From the NCBI RefSeq assembly GCF_000143415.4, contig NW_003314337.1, forward strand, positions 637,234-701,233: 64,000 nucleotides of DNA. The letters run 5' to 3'. Position 1 is the first letter of the stretch. Every line of letters starts with the position of its first letter. Below the pieces are notes generated by a model. It saw only the letters and a program-made list of their open reading frames with translations, did not search any database and was not told the DNA's origin. A program made the position numbers and the translations under genes. Positions 13,630 through 25,147 of this stretch are shown here, in pieces. Source of the DNA: Selaginella moellendorffii. Taxonomy: Eukaryota > Plantae > Lycopodiophyta.

Positions 13630-14156
13630 GATGGTGTGAAGCTAACTCACGTATGTGAGGATGTACCATAGTGACACGTGGCGAGCCAGATGCGTTGGAG
13701 CTTATATTGGGGAAGGCAGCTGCGTACATACTAGACAACAAAGATCAGTTGAATGCGGTGCTGGAGGTGGCGCAGCGGGTTTGCAGATGCGTATGCTGTG
13801 GAGGGGCAATAGTTGGGCGAACTGTGCTGCTTCTGGCAGTACATGCCTATTGCAAGCACGTGTCAATAAGTTTACTCACCTCGTCAAGCTCGGGGACTTT
13901 GCGACCAAGCTGTGGGAAACCACTGGAAGTAAAAGTCTGCTTCAACCGCTTCATTCTCCTCAACAGAAAGCAGATCACGAAGGAGGACTTGCTCTTATGC
14001 TTTCTGGGCAGAGTGGCAATCATACTGCAATGGAACCAGGATGCTTACAATGCATTGCCTCCAGTGCTGATAGGGCCGGATGGGACATATGAGCTTCACA
14101 TGACAGAATGCAAGCCCTGCCAGTTCAGATTCAAAACAGAGACACCTACTCCGTGA
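13630..14156 (+). pseudogene. C-terminal part of a CR NTPase-REase gene, opposite strand to the N-terminal part
   Basis: ELILGKAAAYIL, VLLLA and VCFNRFI...LLLCFLGRVAII..NQDAYNALPPV resemble the EP.LA.AA / F.HF...RG.AI...NQ...D..IP blocks of CR NTPase-REase proteins. Confidence 0.5.
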
Positions 14157-15065
14157 ACACTCAGAAGTTTGCCATGGCTGCATTGAAGTATTCTCTCGCT
14201 TTTAATCACCATTCCTATTTGTTTTCATTGCAGGTGGGATGACAAAGCTCAGAAGCCAGCTCCAGCCAGGCTCCAGTTCCATTGAGGAGCCAGCTCCAGC
14301 CAGATTCCGATTTCAGGAGCCAGCTCCAGCCAGGCCACCCCCTGCCAAGTTCCACAGGTCCTCCCTGAAGCTGACAAGAGACTGCTCCAACACATGGACG
14401 TGGATCTGGACAAAGAACCCCAGCGTCCTGTGCGTAGCTGCACGAAAATCAAACAGCAGGATCTGCATGGTGAAGATGGTGATGACGTCGAAGACAAAGA
14501 TGGTGATGACAAACTCAAGGATCCAACATATAGAAATATAGACTATGGCAGTGATGTGAATGAAAGTGATCAGGAGGGGAGTCCTATTGCTATCTACATG
14601 CACTTGAGAAGATGCATGATTTTATACCAATTTGCATATTTGTTTCTCGGGGTAAGTGGATATAAAAATGTTATGATAAGCATGTTCTTCAGGGTAAGTG
14701 GATACAAGAGTGTTTCAATGAGCTTATTTTCTAATTTTTGTGCAGGAAAAGGTTTTTAATGCTCTTATACAATTGTTTTAAAATGGAACATCATTTAGTG
14801 GGGGAATATAATAAGGCATAACTTATTCAATTCCAAAGAAAAGGTAAAGAAGCTTTAGTGCAATTTGAGAGATGTTGCATTCCCAAGTTAATCACTGAAA
14901 TTGTCTTTGCATTATGAGCTAAAAATTGCTTTCTATAATACCTTTCTGTTTATGTTTGTCTTATTTTTACATGGAAAGGGCAAAATGCAGCAAAAAATAA
15001 CAGGAATTCTTGTTTTTGCAAGAGATTGGCAGCAGGGACAGCATGAGTAAATAAAGCTTCTTTTC

Positions 15066-16034
15066 CACTTTTCATTCTTCCAGGCATCCTCTAACAACAC
15101 GAGCAGATGGTACAAGAGCTTGAACAAGCAAAGGTAGTCCTTTTTAATGAGTATTATCTTTTGGCCATGTCAAAGCAAAGCCTAGTAAACATTGTATTCT
15201 ATGACTCAGTCGCTTAAGTTTTTTCTGCACCTTGGATGAGAAGGAGCAGGCTTTAAGGATAAAGAAGGCTGACTTTGAGAAAGAGATCTTCGTGCTTCGT
15301 TTGGTGAGAAAAAGGTGCAGATTCAAGAGGAGAATTAGAGGCTTGATGTGATCGAGAAGGAGCAGGAAGCTCTTCTCAATGTTCAACTGATTGAAAGAGG
15401 TATAGGTGATTTCCGGGAACGTCAACAAGACTTAATGACAGAATCCGACGAGTTTAGGAACGAGAAGGAGAAGGTGGAGGCTCAGTGACAGGGAAATTGA
15501 ATGGGGATCTTGTCTAGGCTCAAAAGGGAAACGGAAGAGCTGATCCGTAATGTTGATCTGCAGCACGTAACAGAACATGGCCAAGAAAGTGGAGGTGGAG
15601 AAGCAAGCAGAGGAGCAGGAATACACATGAATTACAAGTCTAGATGGAGAAGCTGGAGGAGTAACAAAGAAGCTTTGTGGGCAGAAAGGCAAGTATTGCA
15701 AGAAGCAGAGTAACCATCATACTTTGAAACTATGATATTGATGCAAACAATGTTTGCTTTGTCCGAAAATGATTTTGGAACCATCAGTCTGAGCTGATTG
15801 TCATGGCTGCAAACCTGTGCATCCAGAATATTTCTGGAAAGCATTTCTCGGGACAATGTGCCAATAGCAGATGTGGACCAAGTAGAATTGACAGTTGGGA
15901 AGAAGAGGCGACTAGAAGAGAGTGAAGGTGCTGCAGTGGACCCGGAGGTGACAGCCAGTGGAAAGAGAAAGAGGGAGGTGTCACAGTTTGCGATGAATGG
16001 TGATCGGTACAACTTCAAGGACTCCACAATGTAA
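15066..16034 (+). pseudogene. NMCP/CRWN (plant nuclear lamina coiled-coil protein)-like pseudogene fragment
   Basis: Frameshifted coiled coil (LDEKEQAL; FRERQQDLMTESDEFRNEKEKVE), then SWLQTCASRIF (cf. conserved SW..KC.SKIF), basic KKRR and RKR, and RYNF (cf. RYNLRR motif). Confidence 0.65.
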
Positions 16035-16353
16035 TTCATCTAAAACACTTATATTATGTCTTATTGCACTTTACCGATTGCAGTGCAAGTATGCTGGCCA
16101 ATTCGTCAAGTAGGAAAAGGGGTATGGAGACACGTTTTGATCCACATAATTGAAACTCGAAGAATATATTCCCATTATAAGAAGAAGGAAGCTCCTCACC
16201 TCTCATGTACTCAAAATTGAATATATAAGAAGAAGGAAGCTTCTCACCTCTCATGTACTAAAAATCCTTCAATTCTAGCCATAATGATCGAGATTGCCGA
16301 AATGCTTTATCCACCACTTCAAAAACTAATCCAGAAGGAACACACCTACTTGT

Positions 16354-16743
16354 CTAGGAAGCTATATTAGGAAGTTCATCTTCTTCACTTTCGTCACTGG
16401 AGAGAATAACAACTTCATTTTTCACTCTTTGCAAAGTTGGCTGTGAAACTGATGCACTCTCCTCGTCTTGCTTCGAAGATCCTGTAACTAGAATCTTCTG
16501 ACCTATACATCTATCAAGATCCCATTGAATCCCATTTTCTCCCACACCACTGTCAAGAAGAATGGATTTTTCTATCTGATTACCCTTATCACGACATACA
16601 TTCTCTAAACTAACTAATCCCGGCTTCAGCTTGAACCTTCTGCAGAGGAAGCTTTCTCTTATAACACTCTTGGAGAAAACAATTGAAGGCTCTTGATCGA
16701 ACTTCAAGTAGATTTCTCTCATATCTTCTTCTTGCTCGAGCAC
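16354..16743 (-). CDS. Hypothetical 129-aa protein or exon (possible ubiquitin-like header followed by an acidic SIM-like segment)
   Basis: Open frame with a beta-beta-alpha-like pattern (EIYLKF...IRESFLCRRFKL..GLVSL...ILVTG) and VVILSSDESEEDE. No firm family assignment. Confidence 0.3.
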   Translation of the reverse strand: MLEQEEDMREIYLKFDQEPSIVFSKSVIRESFLCRRFKLKPGLVSLENVCRDKGNQIEKSILLDSGVGENGIQWDLDRCIGQKILVTGSSKQDEESASVSQPTLQRVKNEVVILSSDESEEDELPNIAS

Positions 16744-17409
16744 TTAGAAAACTTTTGGGGAGAAACTGACAAGAAAGAACAAAGATATTCTTCTATATTA
16801 TGAGTTTTAATTAGCTGTGTCCTTACAAAGGACAAGTTAATTATTTTAACAAAATATACAATCGTTTAAAATCTAGAGAGATATAAGAATCTTAAAGAGC
16901 CACCCATATTAATTGTATAATTGATTGTGAGAGGAATAATATTGTTGAAATAAATGTGGTTATGAGCGAGAAGTGCCAATCAATCACAAAAGTTGTAGCA
17001 TTGATTACTTGTTTTCCCTCTCATCTCCATACTCTCTTCCCTTCAAGAGAGTTTCATTCTTTTGTGACAGTGAGAGAGAGTCAAGCTCGGAAAGGTTGGT
17101 TTGTGCATGGTAACCACATTTATAACCACATTCATTTCAACAATATTATTCCTCTCACAATCAATTATACATATCTTAATATCTAAAGCATTGAATGATT
17201 GTGCCCATTGATCGCCATCAAAGAGAATAAAACTCATAACCACGACTGTCAATCGCTTCCGTTGATTTTTAGGGTTTTATGCCTAGGGTTTGAGCAGCAA
17301 AGGGTGAGAGAAAAGTGCGTTTGAGCAAGGAAGGTTTAGGGTTTAGAGAAAGGAGTTTCAACCTAGCAATATGCTTCATGACGCTTCTCAAACAAGGTAT
17401 GCTTCCATG

Positions 17410-19331
17410 AGAAGGTCAATTCATGCGTGAACCAACATCTCCTCACCTTCTTTCCTCCATGAGAAGTTTTATCTTTTCTCGACTTTTGTTTTCTCCTGAG
17501 GGATAGAGATGTTGGTTCTTGTGCGAACCGACATCTCCTAGCATTCTATTTCATTTTCTGTTTAGTATTTTGCCCATCTCTGCCTCATTTTTTTGATTTT
17601 TTTTCCTTGTTGAAGGGGTGAGAAAGATTGGTTCGCTAAACATATATGTACATTACCCCAATCCCAAAGGGATCAAAACAACATTGAGAGCGCACTCTCG
17701 AAGAGACTAGTGAAACTATGAGCGCGAACACCCGGCGCTGCTCTTGGGCCGTCCGCCTCCCAGGTGACTCCACCGCGGAGCTTGAAGCCACCTGCTTCGC
17801 CTTGCCACTCCTCCACTCGGTCACAATGATGACAAGCCAGACGAACACCATGTCGATCTAGCTCAACGTCGTCGCAGCCAAGCGGTCCAACTCGAGCACG
17901 ATGACCCGGCGTTGCTCATGGGTCACTCGCCTCCAAGGTGACTCCACTGCACAAGCTGAAGCCACCTGTTACGCCCCAAGACGTGATGCTGTGTCTTGGA
18001 GCGCCTACCTCCCCAGTGTACTTCCAGCACTAAGTCGGTGCCCATTACGAACAAACTCCAAGGCGTAGAACAAGCGAGGTGTAGAAAGATTGGTTCGCAT
18101 GCAAACCGACGTCTCCCCACCTCCATTTTTTCTAGACGCGAGATTTCTTGGTTTTTTTCATGTTTTTAGTGGTGAGATCTCTATATTTTAGAAAACAGAG
18201 AGAGATAGAAATATCAATTCTTGTGCAAACCAACATCTTCAAGGTTTTTTCTTGATTTTAATGACTTGATGGGGCATTTCATGTGAAAACAAGTGTCTCA
18301 AATGTGACTTCGGGTATCGAAAGATACTTGTTGACCAGTCCTTACGGACACTCTTTCCTTACTGCCATGACAGTAGGAGATCAGTACAGTTGGATCCCTT
18401 TAATAGCCCCTCTTGTGCTAATGGAGTTAACTGGGGATTTCTAGTGTACTTAGACCGGATGAGCATAAGGACGGAATTCCTACGTGCTATTAGCTAAGCA
18501 TACTTAGCCCGGTAAGGAGTTCCCGTCTCGTTTTGTCTTGCACTAGCTAGTGACAAGAACCCTCACGTATTGAGACTAGTCCCTCAATATCGCCGGATGA
18601 TAGCTTACTGTGTTTGCCAAACACCCTCATTATCATGCCCTTTGTGTTAGTCTCATTTTGGTCCTAAATGCTAATAATGGAAAGTGTCTAGATTTGCTCA
18701 TTTGGCATATCTACGGAATGTAGAGGTCGGCTTGAACATAATGGTGTTCATCCCGTGTCCAAATTCACAATCTAGCGCCATTCTATATTTAGTAAGTTTC
18801 GAGCTTGTCCCAAAAACTGACTCCTGGTACTAAGGGAGGCTTGGGGTGAAAGCCCAAAGCGTGTGTTCCTCAGGGGGGGGGGGGGGGGGGAGGGTTCCAA
18901 ATATATAGTAGGGATAGTGGTTGGAATGCATGTCCGACCACCTGAGACACTAGTTTGGCTCTCGCTGGGCTGTGTCACTCCTTGTTCTGCGTCTGGCTTG
19001 GGTCTAAGCCCAAGCTCCACGCTACTTTAGTCGGTGGGGTACCCTCCTCTTCGCGTTAGGCCACCGGTATGCCAAAATTGTGCCAGACTCCATCTAACAC
19101 CATTTTGCGTGCAGGTGCTGGATACGGGGAGCTGGTGCTTGTGGGATTGTACCGGACCCTCGTTTTGTAGCACAACGGGCTTGGAGTTTGGTTCCAAATT
19201 CAGGTGCGCTACAACAAGAGGGTGAAAGATGTCAGTTCTTGCGCAAACTGACCTCTCTCATATTTCTTGTTGTGTTTTTCTTTTTTCTCAAGAGGTAGGG
19301 TGAGGTTGGTTCTCAAGCAAACCAACCTCTC
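17410..19331. repeat. Dispersed 32-bp palindrome family B, GAGATGTYGGTT-N8-AACCRACATCTC (6 copies)
   Basis: Copies at 17410-17441, 17506-17537, 18084-18115, 18208-18239, 19226-19257, 19300-19331, plus a half site at ~17622. Constant 8-nt spacer. Confidence 0.85.
18294..19213 (+). mobile_element. Solo LTR (920 bp) with 5-bp TSD ACAAG
   Basis: TG...CA termini (TGTCTC...GCTACA). ACAAG at 18289-18293 and 19214-19218. Homologous to 57843-58470 and to the reverse complement of 59693-60680. Confidence 0.9.
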
Positions 19332-19536
19332 ACAGTGACTTATGTTTTTTCCTAAGCATTTCTTGTAGTTTACAATCTATTTTTCAAATCTTTTACTTAC
19401 AATCTTTTCTTGTGAGAGCAGATATAAATCAAGTTTGACTACCTAGAACTTCCAACAAGGGACTTGAACTTAAAATGCCATAGGTTTGCTTTACATTATA
19501 AGTTAGATGTTATAGTATTTTTGCTTTTTATTTTAG

Positions 19537-22117
19537 ATGAAGCGCCGAGGCCAACCTCAATGGTCTCGGTCTCCAAGAAAAGGCAGTTGCCTTGATCGCT
19601 GTAGACTTGGTCGATTGAGTGAAGATTCATCTCAAGTATCCAATGAAGTTTCTGCTAGTCATGCTAGAGGCAACGATGAGCATAACAATGATGTGGATAT
19701 TAAGATGGACACTGAAATTGATGTTGGTGTTATTGAGGCTGTTGGTACTAGTGCTCCTGGGGCTGCGGCTATTGGTGGTGGGGTACTTGTGTCTGATGTT
19801 GGTGGTGGTGGGGGTGTTGTGCCTTTGGTTGCTGAGGCTGCTCGTGGCAAGGTAGATGAACTAACTAAGAAGGTTATTGGTAGCATTGTAGGTGGAATTG
19901 ACTTACATAATGTTTCTTGCAGCCCATAATCAAAGGAGAAAGAGCCTCATTCTTTAAAAATGTCCGAGGGGACGAGCAGTAGAAGGAGATGGAGTGGCAT
20001 GTGATTGAGCAATGAATTTTGAATACGAAGAGAACAAAGGTGAAAAAGTTGCTCTCGATTGTAGACATACGATGTGGGCAAGAATGGCTTGATAGCATTG
20101 CCGAGATTTGTTCTCGCGTTCGTAAGTTCTTCTAAAATTTGTGAAACATTTTAAAACTTTTGTGTGTGTAGGAACTGGTAAAGCACCGAAGGAAATCATT
20201 TACAACATCTCCAAGAGTAAAATATCCTTTTCTGAACAAAGCGTCTGCTTGGAACTTCTCAACACTTAGCTGCGAAACAACGAAAAACGTTGCGAGATAA
20301 GGATGGAGAAGGTGATGATGGAAAAAGCGTACATTTCTCAGAGTATTGCCACTGGTGAGGAGATGCTACAAGTCTGGGACAAGAAATTTCTTTCCAGCAC
20401 TTGCATAGGTATCACTCTCGAAGAATATATTCGTGCTTGTCTTGCGGAGCTAGGGAATGGTTGGCTTCCACGTGGTAGGACGAGTTTGGCTAAGTTCAAG
20501 AACCAAGCAGGACAACCATTTCTTGCGAGGCATATGGTTTACAGGTATTTTCTCAATTCTTGTTTATACATTGGTATTTATATTTATATTTTACTTTATA
20601 GATATTTAAAATATTGCCCCGGTGCACCAGTATACACAGCCAATGTTTTGCAGAAGCTCCTGACTAGAGGCAAGAAGCTTGGGATGGATGAGCTAGAGTT
20701 CTATTGTCCTTGTACACATGAAAGGGAGCTATGCCCGTGGTACCTTGAACTCATGGAGCAGATGCCGATATCGAACTTCGAGTTGGATCTCTACCTTGAA
20801 TGTCATCCAAATTCACTTGAAACTCAACACTTAGCTAGGAAATATTAACCTTGAGTTATATTCTTATTTTCCAGAGGCTCTTTCTGACTGTGATAACAAC
20901 ATTGTTGAAGTTCAACAACTAAACCTAGGAGTCCACACTCAGGAAACCATTCAGAAGATGCCAAATCCAAATATTGTTGAACCAGAGGAAACTGTATAAG
21001 AGATTCCAGTACCTGCTCCTCGCAACCCCCGAAGAGGCCATTGTGAAGCCTTTCATAAGAATAAGGACTTTTATTTGAAACGTTCTTTTATTCATTCTTG
21101 ACTTCACTTTTTTTTTTTATAGATGTTGCAAAGAGCAGCCATCAGTCTTCTTGGCGGACTAAGACATTATTCCCATCCCTCCCTATGGCTACAAACAACG
21201 ACCTGGAAGAGCTCTCCTTTGCAGCTATGCACAAACATGTTAGTAAGCATGAATTTTATCTCCAACTTTTAATTCTAATAATTGTTTTTCAGGTTCGCCC
21301 TCTATCCCCAATAGCTAGTGTTGGGGAAGTTACTGCTCTCATTGGGGATTACATGCAGCTTTTAGATGCTATTAATTGGGAGCTCTACATGCTTGATTGG
21401 TGGATCCATGGTCTAGGTTAGCTCACACCTTATGGGAAGATTGATTTCATCTTTTTTAATCTTCTCAATGGGATGCCACCACCATAGGGGAATACTCTAT
21501 CATGGAATGTGTTGTAGGCCTAACACATTTCCCAAGCCTTAAAGGTTGCAAGCAACTTCATAACATACAAGGGTGTGGTTGTCATGATCCTTCCCTGCTC
21601 TCTAAGGCCTTCTCGCACACTTGGCTGATAACGATGATGGATTTGTTGAGTTTTCATTTGGCTGCCTTCTTTCGAGTATGGCGGTGAACACAAAAAGCAC
21701 TAGTGGGCAGAAGCAAAAGGTCTGTGACTTCTTTATTTACAAATTAACTCTATTCAAAAAAAATTTTTCCAAGTTTATTCCTGGAACTACCATGCTCTAT
21801 GCCACATTGGGAACCGGCGTAATGCCACATGAGCTGAGGAGCGTGCTGCTCTTGCTTTACCAGGATATGACAACTCTACAGACATCATCCCAAATGTGAT
21901 TGACACGAATGTTCTTCATCTAGCATTCCCTGGTTATCGACATCATTCGGTCACGGCCATGTAGATCTTGTTGGAGTTATTTTGTCCGCTAAAGGGGATT
22001 GTGCTTGATGCTACAGTAGGATTTGGGTCAATGGTGCAAGCAGTGAAAGAGACAAGTCAAGCTGTTTTTGCACTTGAGAAGGAGGATGCCTTTGAGGATA
22101 TTCTTAGGAGATTTTAA
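19537..22117 (+). pseudogene. Multi-exon pseudogene ending in a beta-class DNA methyltransferase-like domain (copy 2)
   Basis: Short GT-AG introns. C-terminal translation: VTALIGDYMQLL...KIDFIFFNLLNG (21437; motif IV-like), HISQALKVASNFITYKGVVVMILP, ILLELFCPLKGIVLDATVGFGSMVQAVKETSQAVFALEKED (motif X/I; VLDATVGFGS at 22001-22030). Several in-frame stops. Confidence 0.7.
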
Positions 22118-23386
22118 GGATGACATGAAAAGAGTGTTTTTAAGTTTTAGTTATGAATTAAATGATATTTCTCAGGAGGGAGAATTGAGTTTTATAGCCA
22201 TATTGTTATATGGTTTGAGTCATTTACTCTATTCTCATTCTTTTGTTTCCATAATTATATTATCATGTGAAAATGCCTATTTCTTTCTTTTTTTCATAGC
22301 CATTTATCACAATATCGGTGTTGCCATTTGTACATATTTTCTCCATGGCCATATTGCTTTGGATTCCCTTCATATAAGGTTTATTTAGCTTCTAAAGGCT
22401 ACTATATGTGGCTTTTTCATAAGGGATAGAAGAATGACACAAAAAACAATAATATTGGCCTAGGGGATTTAAGGCTAGAACACCTTAAGAGTTGGGAGGT
22501 TGGAGCTTGTAAAGAATTTATTTGGTTTGCAGCAACCCTATAGTCATTTTGAGGAAATATCCTTTACGGACTAATACAAAAAACCAGATGTACTGCCCTC
22601 CGGAGAGAACTACCTAGTGAAGCAAAAGTGGGCCTGCAATGAGAATGGCTGTAGTACTGTGTCCAGGACGACATCCCCTCTATGCAGACCTGTGAACACT
22701 CTGGATGTTTTGACCTGGCAAAGTCTGAGCCAAAACCAAAGGTAGGAGGTCCTATATCTCATAGATTCCTCCAATCAAGAACCTAGTGAGCTGCAAGTTA
22801 GTAAACAGATTGTTTAGGGATGCACTGTTTCCAGAGGTCAGCTGTGAGCTACAATCAAGCTCTATAAATCACTCTGAGTGCAACACTCATCTACACAATT
22901 AAACATTTTAAACATTCCTAAATGCTTCAAGAGGCATGAGACTACTGTTGTCATCCTCTTCCTTTTATAGCCGTCTCTCAACATATCTCATTTGTCTCTT
23001 ATTGAGGATTCTTCCCGCCTGGATCAAGGGAACATGTGTGCATCTCCATGTCATGCCATAGATACTGCATCGATCAAAACTCCAGGTGTTGATCCGAAAT
23101 TTGTAGCAGCTGTGGAACCATGGCTCTTGAGAAACAAGGTTAACTTCAACTATTTCCAGTCTAGATGGTAAATACTAGCTGGGGCAAGAGATCATCACCT
23201 AGTGGATAATAAATCTGGGAATTGAAGCACAGAATCTGTATAGCTCTTGTTCTTAGGTTTTGAGACTGATTTAAAAGGCCTTTTCTTATGTAGGCTAGGT
23301 AAAGATAACTCCTCGAACATTAAAGACAATACAATAAAGTTGTGGTATGAAGCTAATCCTGATTTAATCAGTGAGTAAGAGCCAAT

Positions 23387-25147
23387 TTAGAGCCTCAGCT
23401 TTTTCCTATTCGGTTCCATATAGTCACTATCCCCATCATCATCATCATCGTCATCATCATCATCATCATCATCATCTTCTTTCTTTTCCACTTTGATTTG
23501 CTTAGCCTGTGGAAGTCCCAGAAGATATTTGTCATGCTCTTGCAGCATCCGCAGTCCTTCCCCAACACCCGGTGACCAGTTGACACCTTCATGGTTGATG
23601 AAACTGGGATACAACGACCCAGGCAAACCTTCCTCCTTGGCCCAGTCGAAATCTATGAAACGCACCTCAAGCTGCCCATTCGTCATCTTCACCATGACAT
23701 TGCTGTCCCGCATGTCACCATGAACGCCATAAGTCGTTCCACCCTTCAACTTCCGCACTTCAACCTTGTGTGCCTTTGCCAGATTGGAAACAACTTCGTC
23801 TCTGAGGTTATCCGCCTCCGGGAGGCCATACAAGAGCTTCCAACCGTCTTCTTCCGGGAGCCATTCCATCCTCACTTCAAGCCAGCCTCCCCAAACCTGT
23901 TTTAAGGAGAGAAGCTTTGGCGCAAGTCCTGCCTCACCCCACGCCCTATGAACATCAGCCCCGTAGTCCTGCTGACAGTACTTGATGACAGAATCTTCTC
24001 CAGGCTTCTTCAGAATGTAGACCCGCTTGTGCTCACACGCCAGATCCACCCTGACCCCCGGCTTCACTGCTTCACGATGCAGCAGCCCTGGAATCCTCCT
24101 CCTAAACAGCTCACGCCTCTTGGAGGACGGTCCTTTCTTGCAATTTCGATCGCCCCAATTCCCGTAGAAAATTATCAGCCTTGCGACTGCAGCTTTGATC
24201 GCCATGCAAGTCCTCACACCATCCATCGCTAGCGACACATCATGTCCGTGGAGTGGAGCGAGATAAGCGGATGCCAATGGCTGATAGCAAATCTTGTCCT
24301 TTTTCTCACCACCACCATCACCTGAATATTCAAAGTAAAAGTATATGAAAACCGCATGAATGGAATGCTCACCTGCTGGCAACGTGATAACCCCTCCAAC
24401 TAAGAGCAGCTGACCAATGTGTTGAACGATGAGAGCTGGTAAGCAGGTGTCAGACATAAGCGCCTTCACACCCCTCCGTGCTGCGTTCCAGTTGAGCTCG
24501 TAGTTGGTGACAGCCTGCATCAGTGGTTCAGTGTGGCTCGTCGATGTTCCTCGCTTCACTTCTTTAAGTAGCACGAGAGCATCGTGAAGAGGATCCCAAG
24601 TCCAAAGATCTGTCGTGTGCTTATTACAAGAACCTGTGTACATCTCGTCGACAACGTTCACCTCGAGGTACCCCCGCCATATTTGCCGCAGTTCGGTCCT
24701 CAGGTCGCTGTCGTGGTCGTAGAAAGTGGAGCAGGCAGTTACCAAGTCATTGAAGTGCATGTAGTCGGCCATGGTGGGATCAGGCAATTCTCCCCTCAAG
24801 TCGCTGATAAAACGTCCAAAGACTTTGTGCATCAGCTGTAACGGTAATGGGGGTACTGCAGTGGCAGGCATGAAGCTGAGAACCTGCGGATCTGGCACCA
24901 TCTGTCTTGCCATGACAACGTTGTAGCCCTGGCTTGAAGGAGAGCAACACGGATTGCCAATGTATGTGTAATCCCCATCAGGGAGAAGTTCATCAGGGGC
25001 AAGGAAGATCTTGCCACTAGAGGAATACACACATGGGGGGCTTTCGCTGCATTCCCCGAACTTACGGCCTAGAACCTGCAGAATCGCTCCAAGCGTACAG
25101 CCGCTGCCGAATTCGAGCGCCTTCCCTTTGCAAGTGATTGTCGCCAT
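23387..25147 (-). CDS. Crinkler/CR-type protein: ubiquitin-like header, PD-(D/E)xK REase, CR kinase, poly-Asp tail (586 aa from MATITCK)
   Basis: Intact single-exon ORF. REase motif TTDL...LLKEVKRG...EPLMQAVTNY. Kinase motifs VIKY...YGADVH...GLAPKLL, VHGDMRDSNVMV, FIDFDWA. C-terminal NRKKLRL is NLS-like. Confidence 0.85.
   Translation of the reverse strand: MATITCKGKALEFGSGCTLGAILQVLGRKFGECSESPPCVYSSSGKIFLAPDELLPDGDYTYIGNPCCSPSSQGYNVVMARQMVPDPQVLSFMPATAVPPLPLQLMHKVFGRFISDLRGELPDPTMADYMHFNDLVTACSTFYDHDSDLRTELRQIWRGYLEVNVVDEMYTGSCNKHTTDLWTWDPLHDALVLLKEVKRGTSTSHTEPLMQAVTNYELNWNAARRGVKALMSDTCLPALIVQHIGQLLLVGGVITLPAGEHSIHAVFIYFYFEYSGDGGGEKKDKICYQPLASAYLAPLHGHDVSLAMDGVRTCMAIKAAVARLIIFYGNWGDRNCKKGPSSKRRELFRRRIPGLLHREAVKPGVRVDLACEHKRVYILKKPGEDSVIKYCQQDYGADVHRAWGEAGLAPKLLSLKQVWGGWLEVRMEWLPEEDGWKLLYGLPEADNLRDEVVSNLAKAHKVEVRKLKGGTTYGVHGDMRDSNVMVKMTNGQLEVRFIDFDWAKEEGLPGSLYPSFINHEGVNWSPGVGEGLRMLQEHDKYLLGLPQAKQIKVEKKEDDDDDDDDDDDDDDGDSDYMEPNRKKLRL

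Noticed and set aside
20045-20100. LDCRHT..A as a ParB-like motif in the 19.5-kb gene
   Set aside because: The splice-consistent frame reads KKLLSIVDIRCGQEWL; the motif is in another frame followed by stops.
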